Shown here in pieces: positions 27,107-37,549 of a stretch of 64,000 nucleotides of DNA (its first letter is position 1; every line of letters begins with the position of its first letter). This DNA comes from Candidatus Atabeyarchaeum deiterrae (GTDB lineage: Archaea; Asgardarchaeota; Atabeyarchaeia; Atabeyarchaeales; Atabeyarchaeaceae). Location of the stretch: contig CP147780.1 of assembly GCA_037310415.1 (NCBI GenBank), positions 1,216,001-1,280,000 of the forward strand, read 5' to 3'. The position numbers and the translations under genes were made by a program. The notes under the pieces were generated by a model. The model was given only the letters and a program-made list of their open reading frames with translations. It ran no database searches and had not been told where the DNA came from.

Positions 27107-29025
27107 TTTTTCACTCCGCCTTTGATTGCTTTCTGCCTGCAGATCTGCACGCAAGCACCACATGCGCAACAGAGGGCATAGTCTATTCTCGCTTTTGAGT
27201 TCTTGTCGTCCCAGATTATTGCAGGACAACCAAACTCACTCGTGCATGCCATGCATCCATTGCACAGATCAGGATCGACCATCAGCGGTTTTGGTGGAGG
27301 TAATCCTTGCGCTCTCCTCTGCTTCAACATCTCAGTCGAGCATACTCTTCTGAATATTATGACTGATGCTTTTGGCTGCGATAGCGTCCTTTTGGCAGCG
27401 TCGATAGATTTTCGTATATTGTACGGGTCGACGATCTCTACGTTCTCAATCCCGCAGGCCTTCACAATGTCCTCTATCTTCACTTTTGAAGTTTTTTCTC
27501 CCATTGCAGTGTATCCGCTCCCAGGGTGTGGCTGGAAACCAGTCATACCAGTCACTTCATTGTCTAGTATGACAGTGGTAAACTTGGCATTATTGAATGT
27601 GGCGTTTATCAACGAAGGAATTCCAGCGTGGTAAAAAGTCGAATCTCCTATGAAAGCTATCACTGGCAAGTTGACTCCAGTCTTTGCTATACCGTTTGAT
27701 ATTCCAATGCTACCGCCCATGCAGTTTGTAAGCATGAAAGATCTTAATGGTGGTAGCCCCATCATGCCGTAGCAACCGATGTCTCCGACTCCAATGTAAT
27801 CACCATAGCTGAGCTCCTCAATTGCCTTCTTAATCGCGTATCCGGAAGCTCTGTGAGGGCACCCTGCACACAAAGTTATCATCCTCATTCCTTTGTATTC
27901 GTCAAGCATTTGCTTGATCTCATCCCTTGCAGGAGGCGCCGGAAGAGGCTTCTTCAAGGCTTTTGATAGTACTTTCACGACATCAAGTGTGTTCAATTCA
28001 CCAGAGACGGGCGTGTATTCATTCATTTTGCCCAAGATCTCTACGCTCGATGAATCGTCTTTTGCAAATGCCCTTAGATTCAGTTCGATGATCGGATCCG
28101 TTTCTTCAAAGATTACCACTCGCTTCACGGATTTGATCAGCTTAGATACTTTCTCAGTTGGGAGAGGAAAGGACATCCCTAGTTGCAGAAATGCGACACT
28201 GGCACCCAGCTTGTCCACAGCTTCTTCAACGTAATGTCGGGTTACGCCAGATGCGATTACCCCTAGCTCCTCGTCTCCATTCATAGTCAGTGTGTTTCCA
28301 GGGTAGATGTTTGATACTTCAGCTGCTTCCTTCAACCGTACCTTGTGGATCTTTTCATGTAGGTATCCCATATCAACCCAGCCACGCTCTTGGATCATCT
28401 CGAATCCAAGTTCAGCTGAAGTTGGAACAAACTCGGGAATCCTTTTCTCTTTTGGGAGCTCTCCTAATATGACATCTCCAGTGGCATGGCTTGTTCTAGT
28501 GGTCATTCTAACGTAGATGGGAGACTTCAGTTTCTCAGAGAATTCAAATGCTTCTTTGGTAAAGTCTTTGGCTTCTTGTGGATCCGCTGGTTCAAGAATT
28601 GGTATCTCAAAGACTCTCGCCGCTAGATTCCTCGAGTCGTACTCATTTGATGAGCTATGCCCTTGCGGATCGTCTCCTATCGCAACGACAAGCCCTCCGT
28701 TGCCGATCCGCCAGTGCGCAAAATTAATAAGAATATCGGTCATCCAGGCAACTCCATGATGCTTGGCTGAGCAAAGCGATCTCAAACCACAATAAGATGC
28801 TCCCGCAGCGCTCCATATGGCAACCGCTTCATTCGTTGACCACTGAGCATAAACACCTAGATCCCTTCCGACACGAGCTAAAGTCTCCAATACCTCAGAT
28901 GATGGAGTTCCTGGATAGGAAGAAGCGAACTGGCAATTTCCTTCGATCGCCCCCCTTGCCACCGCTTCGTTACCCATTAAGAGAACTTTCTTTCTAGGAG
29001 CGTCTAACGCGACAAAATCTTTCGT
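27103..29025 (-). CDS. iorA: Indolepyruvate:ferredoxin oxidoreductase alpha subunit (start uncertain: ACG 29025 or ATG 28977)
   Basis: LLMGNEA.ARG, YPGTPSSE, CAGCPHR, GDIGCY, GDSTF.H and C-terminal 2x[4Fe-4S] motifs. Confidence 0.92.
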   Translation of the reverse strand, partial: TKDFVALDAPRKKVLLMGNEAVARGAIEGNCQFASSYPGTPSSEVLETLARVGRDLGVYAQWSTNEAVAIWSAAGASYCGLRSLCSAKHHGVAWMTDILINFAHWRIGNGGLVVAIGDDPQGHSSSNEYDSRNLAARVFEIPILEPADPQEAKDFTKEAFEFSEKLKSPIYVRMTTRTSHATGDVILGELPKEKRIPEFVPTSAELGFEMIQERGWVDMGYLHEKIHKVRLKEAAEVSNIYPGNTLTMNGDEELGVIASGVTRHYVEEAVDKLGASVAFLQLGMSFPLPTEKVSKLIKSVKRVVIFEETDPIIELNLRAFAKDDSSSVEILGKMNEYTPVSGELNTLDVVKVLSKALKKPLPAPPARDEIKQMLDEYKGMRMITLCAGCPHRASGYAIKKAIEELSYGDYIGVGDIGCYGMMGLPPLRSFMLTNCMGGSIGISNGIAKTGVNLPVIAFIGDSTFYHAGIPSLINATFNNAKFTTVILDNEVTGMTGFQPHPGSGYTAMGEKTSKVKIEDIVKACGIENVEIVDPYNIRKSIDAAKRTLSQPKASVIIFRRVCSTEMLKQRRAQGLPPPKPLMVDPDLCNGCMACTSEFGCPAIIWDDKNSKARIDYALCCACGACVQICRQKAIKGGVKK

Positions 29026-29822
29026 ATAAATGCACCTCCATTAGGATTACTGTCTGCTCTTTGTGATTTGGTCTGCCGTTCTTTTCTCAATATTACCACA
29101 TTGTCATTACTAATCTTCGTTAGCGGGTCAAGTTTCAAATGCTGGAACCATCCTATGAATCCGAATCTCCCGTTCAGCTCTATTATCAACTGGAGTTCTT
29201 GAGGAGCGAAGTTCTTCGTATGATATGTGCTAGAGTATGTTTTCTTCTCTCCATGATCTTTGACTTCGAGGGTGATTCTGTCTTCGTATAGTTCTTGAAG
29301 CTCGTTCTCAACATTGGTCTCATAAACGGTTTTGACTTCTATGTCGCCCTTGCTTGATTTCCACTCTTCTCTGCGACTCGGCTGTAGGCTTAGGGGAAAG
29401 TTCTCCAGTAAGTATATGCCGCCTTTTTTCAATGCATTTGCGACGCAGTTGAGATGTTGAAGGAATTGCATATTGGAATCAACAAAGACTGACCCCGAGA
29501 GCAGAAACGCGAAATCACATTTCACCTTGAGTTCAAAGTCGTTCATGTCGCCTTCCACTGTTTCTATTTTCAAGTTTTCTTGTTGCGATTTTGACTTCAG
29601 ATAATCCAGCATCCTTTCGCTGACGTCTAGCCCAACTGCTTCGTAACCTCTTTCTGCAATTTCTCTGAGTTGCGGGCTCGGTCCGCAACAAATGTCCAAG
29701 AAACGCTTCACGGGGACATTGCTATACTTCTTAGCCACCTCTTCGAAGAAATCGATTTGTCTTCTGACATCTTGATAGCTGAATGCTATCTCATAGTAAT
29801 GTGGTTGTTCATACACGCCCAC
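29004..29822 (-). CDS. Class I SAM-dependent methyltransferase
   Basis: LDICCGP, GLDVS..ML, GDM.DF motifs; start set at GTG 29822. Confidence 0.82.
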   Translation of the reverse strand: MGVYEQPHYYEIAFSYQDVRRQIDFFEEVAKKYSNVPVKRFLDICCGPSPQLREIAERGYEAVGLDVSERMLDYLKSKSQQENLKIETVEGDMNDFELKVKCDFAFLLSGSVFVDSNMQFLQHLNCVANALKKGGIYLLENFPLSLQPSRREEWKSSKGDIEVKTVYETNVENELQELYEDRITLEVKDHGEKKTYSSTYHTKNFAPQELQLIIELNGRFGFIGWFQHLKLDPLTKISNDNVVILRKERQTKSQRADSNPNGGAFIRKILSR

Positions 29823-29914
29823 GAAACCACGCACCTGCTCACTGTAGAACCAAGACGGATGTCTCATATAGAAAGTGTTTCTCTCTATTAATCATAGTAG
29901 GCTGCATTGAAGTG

Positions 29915-30694
29915 ATGTTCGTGTTTGGCGCTATCATCTTCGACCTTGGCGACACTCTAGTCAAAGTCCCGTGGGGTGTCAGGCATTTGGAAAAACGTTC
30001 AGGTGGAGAGATCTCTAGGTTTGAATCGATACTGAGAGTTGCCCACGATTCTCTTATGAAAAGTGGAGTCAGCACCGATTGGAACTCTTTCTATGACAAG
30101 TACATGACAGTTCGCGCGGAACAGCTCCAATGGCAAAAGCTGACGCTGAGGGAATACGACATGGGTGAGAGATTGTCCAAAACGCTGAACGCACTTGGAT
30201 TCAGAGTTTCTTCGGATTCCGCTCTAGTTAAGAAAGCTTTGGAGGATCAATATGCGGTGTACATCAATCAGGTTGAGCTAGAGGAAGAAGTACCATTAGT
30301 CCTTCGAGATCTGCGATCGAGGTACAGGCTCGGATTAGTGACGAATTTCGCCTACACGATTTCTATTTACCAGATACTAGATAGGTTTGACCTCAGACAG
30401 TTCTTTGATGTGATCGCCGTCTCCCGTGAAGTTGGATGGGTTAAGCCAAGTCCAACGATATTTCAGTTTGCCCTTTCTTCCTTGAAACTGAGGGGTAGCC
30501 AATGTGTCTTTGTGGGAGACGACATTGAAGCGGATATTAAGGGGGCAAAGGGCGTCGGTATGAGAACTGTCCACCTCTCAAAGGAAGGGTCGACGTGCCG
30601 CGATGCAGATGTCACGATTCATCGCATAGGAGAACTGCCAAGAGTCATCCGAGAACTGGAAGGCGTCAAGAATGAGTTCCATCAGAATTCGTGA
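29915..30694 (+). CDS. HAD-superfamily hydrolase
   Basis: FDLGDTL, VTN, KP.P.IF and VGDD..AD motifs. Confidence 0.88.
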   Translation: MFVFGAIIFDLGDTLVKVPWGVRHLEKRSGGEISRFESILRVAHDSLMKSGVSTDWNSFYDKYMTVRAEQLQWQKLTLREYDMGERLSKTLNALGFRVSSDSALVKKALEDQYAVYINQVELEEEVPLVLRDLRSRYRLGLVTNFAYTISIYQILDRFDLRQFFDVIAVSREVGWVKPSPTIFQFALSSLKLRGSQCVFVGDDIEADIKGAKGVGMRTVHLSKEGSTCRDADVTIHRIGELPRVIRELEGVKNEFHQNS

Positions 30695-30716
30695 CTGTTC
30701 CCAGCATCCAGTAGTG

Positions 30717-31250
30717 TCAAGATCCCTTCCTTTTATCCCTCTCTTGATTCTCCAGGTCTGAGAGAATCCCCGGAAGTTCCTTCAGAGAACTGATAGTGTA
30801 GTTTGGCTTTTCCAGTGGTGAGTCAGCTTTTTCTGGGTATCTATCATTCCACTTGAAATAGATCGTCTTGATACCGAGTCTATTTGCCCCCAAGACATCA
30901 GTCTTTATCCTGTTTCCTACCATTATCGCTTCGTTTGCTTTCACGCCAAGTTTTTTCAATGCAACGCGAAATATCTTTTCATGGGGTTTCTCGTGGCCCA
31001 CGTCAACAGATGTCACGATTACGTCGAAATAGGCTTCCAGTCCAACTTTTTCCAAGGCCTTTCTGACATCTTTCTCCTCCGAAACACTCGTGTTGGTCAC
31101 AACTGCAAGCTTGTACTTCCCTCTTATCTTCTGCAGAACCTCGTCGACAAAAGGAACCTTCTCTAGATCGGCTTCCGACGTGTGTTTAGTACCCACGCTT
31201 TCTTCTGATACGAGAGTGTCTCCGAGATCGAAAAGTACTGCTTTCGTCAA
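30717..31250 (-). CDS. HAD-superfamily hydrolase (short cap)
   Basis: FDLGDTL, VTNT, KPH..IF and VGN...TD motifs. Confidence 0.88.
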   Translation of the reverse strand: MTKAVLFDLGDTLVSEESVGTKHTSEADLEKVPFVDEVLQKIRGKYKLAVVTNTSVSEEKDVRKALEKVGLEAYFDVIVTSVDVGHEKPHEKIFRVALKKLGVKANEAIMVGNRIKTDVLGANRLGIKTIYFKWNDRYPEKADSPLEKPNYTISSLKELPGILSDLENQERDKRKGS

Positions 31251-31463
31251 TTTTGGCTGACCCTCAGGAATCTGGAAGCAGTTACACCATATAAAACACG
31301 AAACAGGGATTTAACAAGGTATGGAATCGCTCACTTGAAGCACAATATGACGCGCTTGGTCATGAGTTATGCTGCCGCGTTGCGGTGAGTTCTTAGAATC
31401 CAGCTAGCCAAAGTGCTTCTTGATACATGCTCGATGGCATTCCCTAACATTTAAGTAGTACGA

Positions 31464-31520
31464 ATGATACATGATTGGTATGATTAATATGATTTACATG
31501 ATTTGAATGATTAGTATGAT
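31464..31520 (+). repeat. ATGAT repeat array with 9-bp period in the AbrB promoter/leader
   Basis: ATGAT at 31464, 31471, 31480, 31489, 31498, 31507 and 31516, just after TATA-like TTTAAGTA (31450). Confidence 0.85.
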
Positions 31521-31537
31521 GCTTGCGGGTGGGAAAC

Positions 31538-31786
31538 ATGACCGAACTTGCAAAAGGGAAATTCCTTTATGGAACCGTTACAGTCGGTGAAAGAGGTCAA
31601 ATAGTCTTGCCGATTGCAGCAAGAAAACACTTCAACATTAAGGCTGGCGACAAGCTCCTTGTGGCTGGAGACTTGAAGAAAGGGTTAGCGATCCAGAAGG
31701 CGAGCATCATGAAGGACGTGGCGATGAAGATCTTGGGAGTCGTGAGCGGCAGAACTAGGGAGGAGGAATTGGAGAAGGAGGAATAG
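31538..31786 (+). CDS. AbrB/MazE/SpoVT family DNA-binding protein
   Basis: GTVTVGERGQIVLP..ARK.F.IKAGDKL. Confidence 0.9.
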   Translation: MTELAKGKFLYGTVTVGERGQIVLPIAARKHFNIKAGDKLLVAGDLKKGLAIQKASIMKDVAMKILGVVSGRTREEELEKEE

Positions 31787-31792
31787 ACCACA

Positions 31793-32587
31793 TTGGAGAC
31801 GGCGAAAAAACCGAGCTACGGCTTTGTAGCCTGGAAGTATTTCGCTTCGATGGCCGTTATTGGCTTAGGTGGGCTGACCATAGTTCTCGCGAGCTTCTTG
31901 TTTCAATTAAGCCCGCTTTTCAACTGGCTACTGCGGCTTGCGGGAGCATCCATCGCCTTCATTGGGTTATACATTGGGACTGCGTACATATTCCTGTATG
32001 AGAAGACTTTCAAGGCAAAGCGCCAGGGTGACAACTGGTCTAAGATTGCTGAGTCTTCGGGTTTGAAAGGAGATGAAAAGGTTCTTGATGTTGGATGCGG
32101 AACTGGCAGAGTCTCAATCAGTCTGGCTAAGAAACTCCCAAGAGGCAGGGTCGAGGGCATAGACATATTTGAAGGGGTCAGTGGCAAGTCTCCGGAGACC
32201 GCCATGAAGAATGCCGAAGCAGAGGGAGTAGCTGGTAGAGTAAATTTCAGATATGGAAATGCCTTGAGAATACCGTTCGGGGACAAGACATTCGATCTTG
32301 TAACCATGGGGTCAGTGTTGCATGAACTACACAGCGAGAAGGACAAAGAAAAAGCTCTACGAGAGGTCTACCGTGTCCTGAAACCCGGAGGCAAGTTTGC
32401 GACAATTGAAATCCTGAGAAACAAGAAGTTGGCACTGTCTGTGCTCTTGTTCGCCTTTGTCTGGAAGCCCAAGGAATACTGGTCGAAGCTAATTGAGAGA
32501 AGTGGATTCAGAAACCTGACTATGCGTTCCTTCAGATCGCTAATCAACTTGGGTCTTTTCGTGGGAGAAAAGCCGACCACCCGTTGA
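31793..32587 (+). CDS. Membrane-anchored class I SAM methyltransferase
   Basis: Two N-terminal TMs; VLDVGCGTG, IPF.D.TFD and RVLKPGG motifs. Confidence 0.88.
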   Translation: METAKKPSYGFVAWKYFASMAVIGLGGLTIVLASFLFQLSPLFNWLLRLAGASIAFIGLYIGTAYIFLYEKTFKAKRQGDNWSKIAESSGLKGDEKVLDVGCGTGRVSISLAKKLPRGRVEGIDIFEGVSGKSPETAMKNAEAEGVAGRVNFRYGNALRIPFGDKTFDLVTMGSVLHELHSEKDKEKALREVYRVLKPGGKFATIEILRNKKLALSVLLFAFVWKPKEYWSKLIERSGFRNLTMRSFRSLINLGLFVGEKPTTR

Positions 32588-32667
32588 ACTGGACATATGG
32601 AGCTGCAACCCGCAGAAAAACCCGCTGGACATGCATCAAGATCCAAGAAACGCTCTAGGAATCTCGA

Positions 32668-33495
32668 CTAAGCTTCTGGCGAGGCCAGTAGGCTGCCCGT
32701 TCTATATCCTTCGAGATCCATGGTGATGAACTTATAGCCTAGCTTCTTGAGTTCCCTTGCGATCTCGTCCATGGTCCTCATGTTGAATAGAAGGTCTCGC
32801 TCTCCTTTCCCTACTTCTATTCTCGCTAAAGTCCCATGATCCCTAACTCGGATCTCCTTGACTCCAGTAATACCCTTTACTGCCTTCTCTGCTAGCTCAA
32901 TTCTCCTGAGCCTCTCTTCCGTGATTCTTTCACCATAGGGTATTCGTGAGGCTAGGCATGGTGATGCTGGCTTATCATGGACTGAGAGTCCAAGTTCGCC
33001 TGCCAGTTCTCTAATGTCTTCTTTTGTGAACTTCGCTTCTACCCACGGGCTGAAGACGTTCTCTCTTTCTCCGACAGCTTTGAATCCAGGTCTATGTCCG
33101 CTAAGATCACTAGAGTTGGTTCCTTCAAAGATGGCTTTGAAGTTGAGCTTAATGGCGAAGTCTCGGAATACGTCAAGTAACTCACCCTTACAATAGTAAC
33201 ACCTGTTCTCCGGATTGCACACAAAGTTCTCATCAGAGAGTTCGTGGGTCTCAACAACGTAGTGCTTCATTCCTATTTCCACTGCCACTCTCTCAGCATC
33301 ATCCAACTCCTCACACGGATATGTTGCAGATTTGGCTGTCAAAGCCACAACATGGTCTCCCAATACATCGAAGCACACAGCTGCCAAGGTCGAGCTATCG
33401 ACTCCCCCAGAAAAGGCAACTATTGCGCCTTCTTTTCCCTTCTCCTTGATGAATCGCCTAAGTTTATTGTATTTCGCCCGCAAAGCAACGTTCAA
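32668..33495 (-). CDS. larE: ATP-dependent sacrificial sulfur transferase LarE
   Basis: AFSGGVDS PP-loop, NP.NRCYYCK, RPG, PCLASRIPYG, RVRDHG..ARIE and DLEGYRTGS motifs. Confidence 0.92.
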   Translation of the reverse strand: MNVALRAKYNKLRRFIKEKGKEGAIVAFSGGVDSSTLAAVCFDVLGDHVVALTAKSATYPCEELDDAERVAVEIGMKHYVVETHELSDENFVCNPENRCYYCKGELLDVFRDFAIKLNFKAIFEGTNSSDLSGHRPGFKAVGERENVFSPWVEAKFTKEDIRELAGELGLSVHDKPASPCLASRIPYGERITEERLRRIELAEKAVKGITGVKEIRVRDHGTLARIEVGKGERDLLFNMRTMDEIARELKKLGYKFITMDLEGYRTGSLLASPEA

Positions 33496-33641
33496 CGTGA
33501 CTCAACACTCCAACAGACAAATGACAATAGCATTCTCATGCCAAAAAACTTGTTAACTAAGAACAATCCTCGTCAAAAAAGGAGGAATTTGCTGAAAGGA
33601 TTAGAGAGGTGTTTGTCCTTGCTTGTGAGTACGTCTCCTTG

Positions 33642-33788
33642 TTACTTCTTTACGTATTTCTGTGGCTCAGAATCAAACCGATCCTTGCATCCTTTCGCAC
33701 AGAAGTAGTAAGTCTTGTCCTTGTAAGCCGACTTGAATTTGGCAGTTCTCTCTTTCACTTCCATTCCGCACACTGGGTCTCTCGCCAT
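33642..33788 (-). CDS. YHS/TRASH domain metallochaperone, 48 aa (not in ORF track)
   Basis: Manual translation MARDPVCGMEVKERTAKFKSAYKDKTYYFCAKGCKDRFDSEPQKYVKK*; GGAGGTGA RBS. Confidence 0.93.
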   Translation of the reverse strand: MARDPVCGMEVKERTAKFKSAYKDKTYYFCAKGCKDRFDSEPQKYVKK

Positions 33789-33906
33789 TCAGTTTCACCT
33801 CCCTACCCTTATCTCAAAAAGCCGTGTCCACAATGTTAATGCACCGCTCCACCTAGGTCTTACGGTTCTCCGAACCTTTACTTATAGCCTATCCGCTATT
33901 TTTACT

Positions 33907-34512
33907 TTAAGTCTGAAGGTCACAACATCCACTTGCTTCTTTGGCTTTTGCCATATTGAGCTGATCGCTACCTTCTTTTATCTTACGACGATGTTCAGGA
34001 ACCACCACATACAAATTACCTGCTAAGTGCCTTATTATCTGCCAAACGCTTGCTCCGATGCCCCAGCAAAAGATTCTCTCATCCGGTGTGATTCGGATGA
34101 AGACGGGTTTACCAAGCGTTTTAGTGTGCTCCAGACTGTGTCTCAAAACTCTTGAACTATTGAATATTTCGATAGCAATTCGATCATCTGCAGGAAGCAT
34201 TTCCGCTGTTCCTTGAAACTGAACACATGACGGAGGTACAAATCTCAGAAAATAGTGAGGAACGGGAACAACGAAGGAGACGTTTGGATTCATTTGAATA
34301 TTCCTTGCCTTCCTGAGGTTAGGTCTTGTTATTAGATAGAGAGAAAATGGCAACTTCGGAGGTGTAACTCCATAGACGACTCCAACCGAATGTGCTCTTC
34401 GTTGAGGTGTCACGGTGCTGAGTATCCCAAAGTTCTTACTACGCAGCGATCGCTCCACATAATCAAACGAAAACTGCGCCGCGACCGACGCAGCCTCGTC
34501 TTCATGATGCAA
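33907..34512 (-). CDS. Pyridoxamine 5'-phosphate oxidase-like (split-barrel) protein
   Basis: GILSTV.P...H, RKARNI..NPNVSF, VQFQG.AE; TTG start after GAGGTGA. Confidence 0.78.
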   Translation of the reverse strand: MHHEDEAASVAAQFSFDYVERSLRSKNFGILSTVTPQRRAHSVGVVYGVTPPKLPFSLYLITRPNLRKARNIQMNPNVSFVVPVPHYFLRFVPPSCVQFQGTAEMLPADDRIAIEIFNSSRVLRHSLEHTKTLGKPVFIRITPDERIFCWGIGASVWQIIRHLAGNLYVVVPEHRRKIKEGSDQLNMAKAKEASGCCDLQT

Positions 34513-34568
34513 AGCCTTCACCTCTTTTTTTGGAAAGTTCCATGGCATCCGCGAAACGTGAGACGGTC

Positions 34569-34715
34569 TCATCTTTCACGAATTCTTTCGAGTTTGGATC
34601 TTCTTACCGGAAGGCGGTGTATCTTCTTTCTGAAGGGAATAGATATTATGAAAAGGCCAAAGACAGCAATGTTCAATATTACGAGGCCCCAGTACCCATA
34701 CCCATAGTCATCCAT
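34569..34715 (-). pseudogene. Truncated N-terminus of an ICMT-family membrane methyltransferase
   Basis: MDDYGYGYWGLVILNIAVFGLFIISIPFRKKIHRLP resembles the start of ICMT-like proteins of copper clusters; it has a GGTGA RBS but stops after 48 aa. Confidence 0.6.
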
Positions 34716-34725
34716 CTTCGATTTC

Positions 34726-35217
34726 TCACCGCTTTCTTTTCGCGAATTTCTTTTCCTCATTGTAGGAATGTGCGCAGTGCATGCAACAGAAGGTTGTCTC
34801 CTTCCCGTCGATCACTTCCCGGTAGCCCCCTTCATAGACCTTACAGCCGCAGTGAGCACAAACATAAAGGCTGGGTTCAATGGCAACGGAGACGAGACCT
34901 GCAAACCGTTTAAACAGTCCCTTGCAGAGTTCCCTGCCTTCTACAGTGAGTTCGAAGACTTTCTTTTCTTTCTCGCCAACTAACTTGATCGTATGGTTCA
35001 CCAAGCCTTTTTCTTCGAGCTGTTGAAGAAACGGGTAGACTAAGCTTGGGCTAATTTCCTTTCCCATTCTTTTCTTGAAGCGGTTCATAATACTGTAGCC
35101 GTGAGCTGGTCCTTCATAAAGAATTGTCAGCATGTAGAAGCGGCTGAAATCTGACAAAAACTCATCCATTTCCTCTGGTTTCACATCAGTTACCATTTCA
35201 CACCCTTCCGACGACAT
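34726..35217 (-). CDS. PadR-family regulator with C-terminal TRASH (metal-sensing) domain
   Basis: L.EGP.HGY.IM, ISPSLVYPFL..LEEKG, FELT.EG; CAHCG...FCCMHC. Confidence 0.88.
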   Translation of the reverse strand: MSSEGCEMVTDVKPEEMDEFLSDFSRFYMLTILYEGPAHGYSIMNRFKKRMGKEISPSLVYPFLQQLEEKGLVNHTIKLVGEKEKKVFELTVEGRELCKGLFKRFAGLVSVAIEPSLYVCAHCGCKVYEGGYREVIDGKETTFCCMHCAHSYNEEKKFAKRKR

Positions 35218-35250
35218 GATAATGACAGCAAAGATATAAATGTTTACTTG

Positions 35251-35313
35251 AGATATATCTGTGCAAAATATTCACATAACAGATATATCGCATGGAGATA
35301 TATTTATATATCT
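35251..35313. promoter_or_regulatory. Palindromic (A)GATATATC(T) boxes in the divergent PadR/copA promoter
   Basis: AGATATATCT 35251, AGATATATCG 35281, AGATATATTT 35296 and TTATATATCT 35304. Confidence 0.65.
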
Positions 35314-35361
35314 GATATACACCAATTGCTTTAGTGAATCACAATACTGGAAGAGATCAAG

Positions 35362-37473
35362 TTGCCAAGAGATCCTGTGTGCGGAATGACTGTTGACGCT
35401 GATAAAGCAATAAAACGAAAGATTGGAGACAGAACTTACTATTTTTGCAGTGAATCATGTGCGAGAACCTATGAACAACCAGAACAAGAACTGAAGAACA
35501 TGAAACGCCGAGTCGCGATAGCCCTACTGGGGGTTATCGCGGTTGCCGGATTACGGGTCGTGGTAACGTTCGGTCTAGTTGCGGCAATAATGACTTTGAC
35601 GATTTTCGGCATTTCTGTATACAGCTTCGCCATATTCGTAGTGTCGACTCCAATTGTTTGGCTCGCCGGCTGGGGGATCATATCAGGTGCATACAAATCG
35701 CTCAAGAATCGAGCAATAAACATGGACGTACTGGTGTCTGCTGGAGTAGTTGCTGGCTGGGGTTATGGTGCGATCAACGCCTTCTTCCCAAAGATGGCCG
35801 TTGGCGGAGAAGGCTACTTAGAGGTTTCAATAGCAATCCTCGCCTTCGTTCTGCTGGGCAAGTACATTGAGGAGAGTATTAGAAGGAGATCTGCAGCTTC
35901 AATTCGGAAATTGCTTGAGCTTCAACCAACGATCGCTAGAGTACTCAAAGACGGCAAAGAATGTGAAGTTCCAATTGACCAAGTTCAGGTCAATGATACT
36001 ATAATCATAAAACCTGGGGAGAAGATCCCCACAGACGGAGTTGTAATTGCAGGTTATTCTTCAGTTGACGAGAAAATAATCACAGGGGAAAGCATGCCAG
36101 TCGAGAAGGACGTTGGTAGTGAAGTAATAGGTGCTACAATGAACAAACGTGGGCTGCTGAAGATAAGAGCCACAAGAGTCGGCGAAGACACGGCGCTGTC
36201 ACAGATTGTTCATCTGGTCGAGGAAGCCCAAGCCTCAAGCGCACCTGTTCAAAAGTTCGCTGATCGGGTCGTCGCGAAGTTCGTACCGATAGTTTTCACT
36301 GTTGCAGCAGTTTCCTTTACCTACTGGTATATCATAAGTGGTTTCTCAGCTGCTTTCTTCGTTCTTCTCGCTGTCCTCTTGATTGCTTGTCCATGCGCAC
36401 TGGGCATAGCGACTCCAACGGCAATTCTGGCAGGAGTTGGCAAGGGTGCAGAATACGGCGTGTTGCTTAGAAGCGGTGAGTATGTTGAGAGAGCTAGGAA
36501 GCTGGACACGGTTGTTTTTGACAAGACAGGCACTTTAACGAAAGGAGAACCATCAGTAACCGACATTGTACCGTATGGCGGCTACGCAGAAAACGATGTG
36601 CTGAGATTTGCAGCCATTGCGGAGAAAGGTTCAGAACACCCGTTGGCAGAGGCAATAGTGAATGCTGCACAGCAATCTGGATTAGGTATTCCTGATGCTG
36701 ACTCGTTTGAGGCTGTCCCTGGACATGGAGTCCGATGTGCCTCTGAAGGCAATATAATACTTCTTGGAAACCGAAGGCTCATGGAAAAGGGAAGAGTGTC
36801 AATCAAACGGCTAGAAGATGATCTTCAGAAACTTGAGAAACATGGCAAGACTGCTATGATACTCGCTGTTAATGGAAAAGCCGCAGGCATAATTGCCGCT
36901 ATGGACACGATCAAAGAAAACGACATCGAAGCTATAGCAATGCTGAAAAGCATGGGCTTGCAGATAGCGATGCTTACAGGTGACAACGAGAGAACTGCAA
37001 AGGTCATTGCTGAACAACTGGGCATCGACAAGGTGATTGCGAATGTTCTGCCATGGCAGAAAGTTGATGCCATCAAAAAGCTGCAACGCAAAGGCAAGAC
37101 CGTTGCAATGGTTGGCGACGGTATAAACGACGCTCCGGCACTAGCGCAAGCCGACATCGGCATAGCAATCGGTAGCGGAACCGACATTGCCAAAGAGACT
37201 GGGGGAATAGTGCTCATCAAAGACGATCTGAGAGATGTCGCGCTTGGTATCGAGCTAAGCAAGAAAACGATGAAGAAGATCAACTCCAACCTATTCTGGG
37301 CATTCATCTACAACACAGTCATGATCCCAGTCGCTGCTCTTGGCCTGCTAAGTCCAATACTCGCAGCAGGAGCAATGGCGATCAGTTCGCTAACAGTAGT
37401 CAGCAACTCAGCATTGCTGAAGAGATCCAAGTTCGCTTTCCAGAAGTTCAGCGAGGGAACACCGAAGCGCTGA
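35362..37473 (+). CDS. copA: P1B-1 Cu(I) ATPase with N-terminal YHS domain
   Basis: DPVCGM..YYFCS, TGES, CPC, DKTGT, HP, GDGIND, YN and MxxSS motifs. Confidence 0.9.
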   Translation: MPRDPVCGMTVDADKAIKRKIGDRTYYFCSESCARTYEQPEQELKNMKRRVAIALLGVIAVAGLRVVVTFGLVAAIMTLTIFGISVYSFAIFVVSTPIVWLAGWGIISGAYKSLKNRAINMDVLVSAGVVAGWGYGAINAFFPKMAVGGEGYLEVSIAILAFVLLGKYIEESIRRRSAASIRKLLELQPTIARVLKDGKECEVPIDQVQVNDTIIIKPGEKIPTDGVVIAGYSSVDEKIITGESMPVEKDVGSEVIGATMNKRGLLKIRATRVGEDTALSQIVHLVEEAQASSAPVQKFADRVVAKFVPIVFTVAAVSFTYWYIISGFSAAFFVLLAVLLIACPCALGIATPTAILAGVGKGAEYGVLLRSGEYVERARKLDTVVFDKTGTLTKGEPSVTDIVPYGGYAENDVLRFAAIAEKGSEHPLAEAIVNAAQQSGLGIPDADSFEAVPGHGVRCASEGNIILLGNRRLMEKGRVSIKRLEDDLQKLEKHGKTAMILAVNGKAAGIIAAMDTIKENDIEAIAMLKSMGLQIAMLTGDNERTAKVIAEQLGIDKVIANVLPWQKVDAIKKLQRKGKTVAMVGDGINDAPALAQADIGIAIGSGTDIAKETGGIVLIKDDLRDVALGIELSKKTMKKINSNLFWAFIYNTVMIPVAALGLLSPILAAGAMAISSLTVVSNSALLKRSKFAFQKFSEGTPKR

Positions 37474-37549
37474 AATTCTGTCTGGATGTCGAAACCGTAT
37501 TCCAGTAAAAACGCAACCGAGACGCAATCGTGGAGGTGAAAAAGCAAAC

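Noticed and set aside
31464-31520. CRISPR-like array
   Set aside because: The repeat unit is 5 bp with 4-bp spacers; there are no CRISPR-length repeats or cas genes anywhere in the window.
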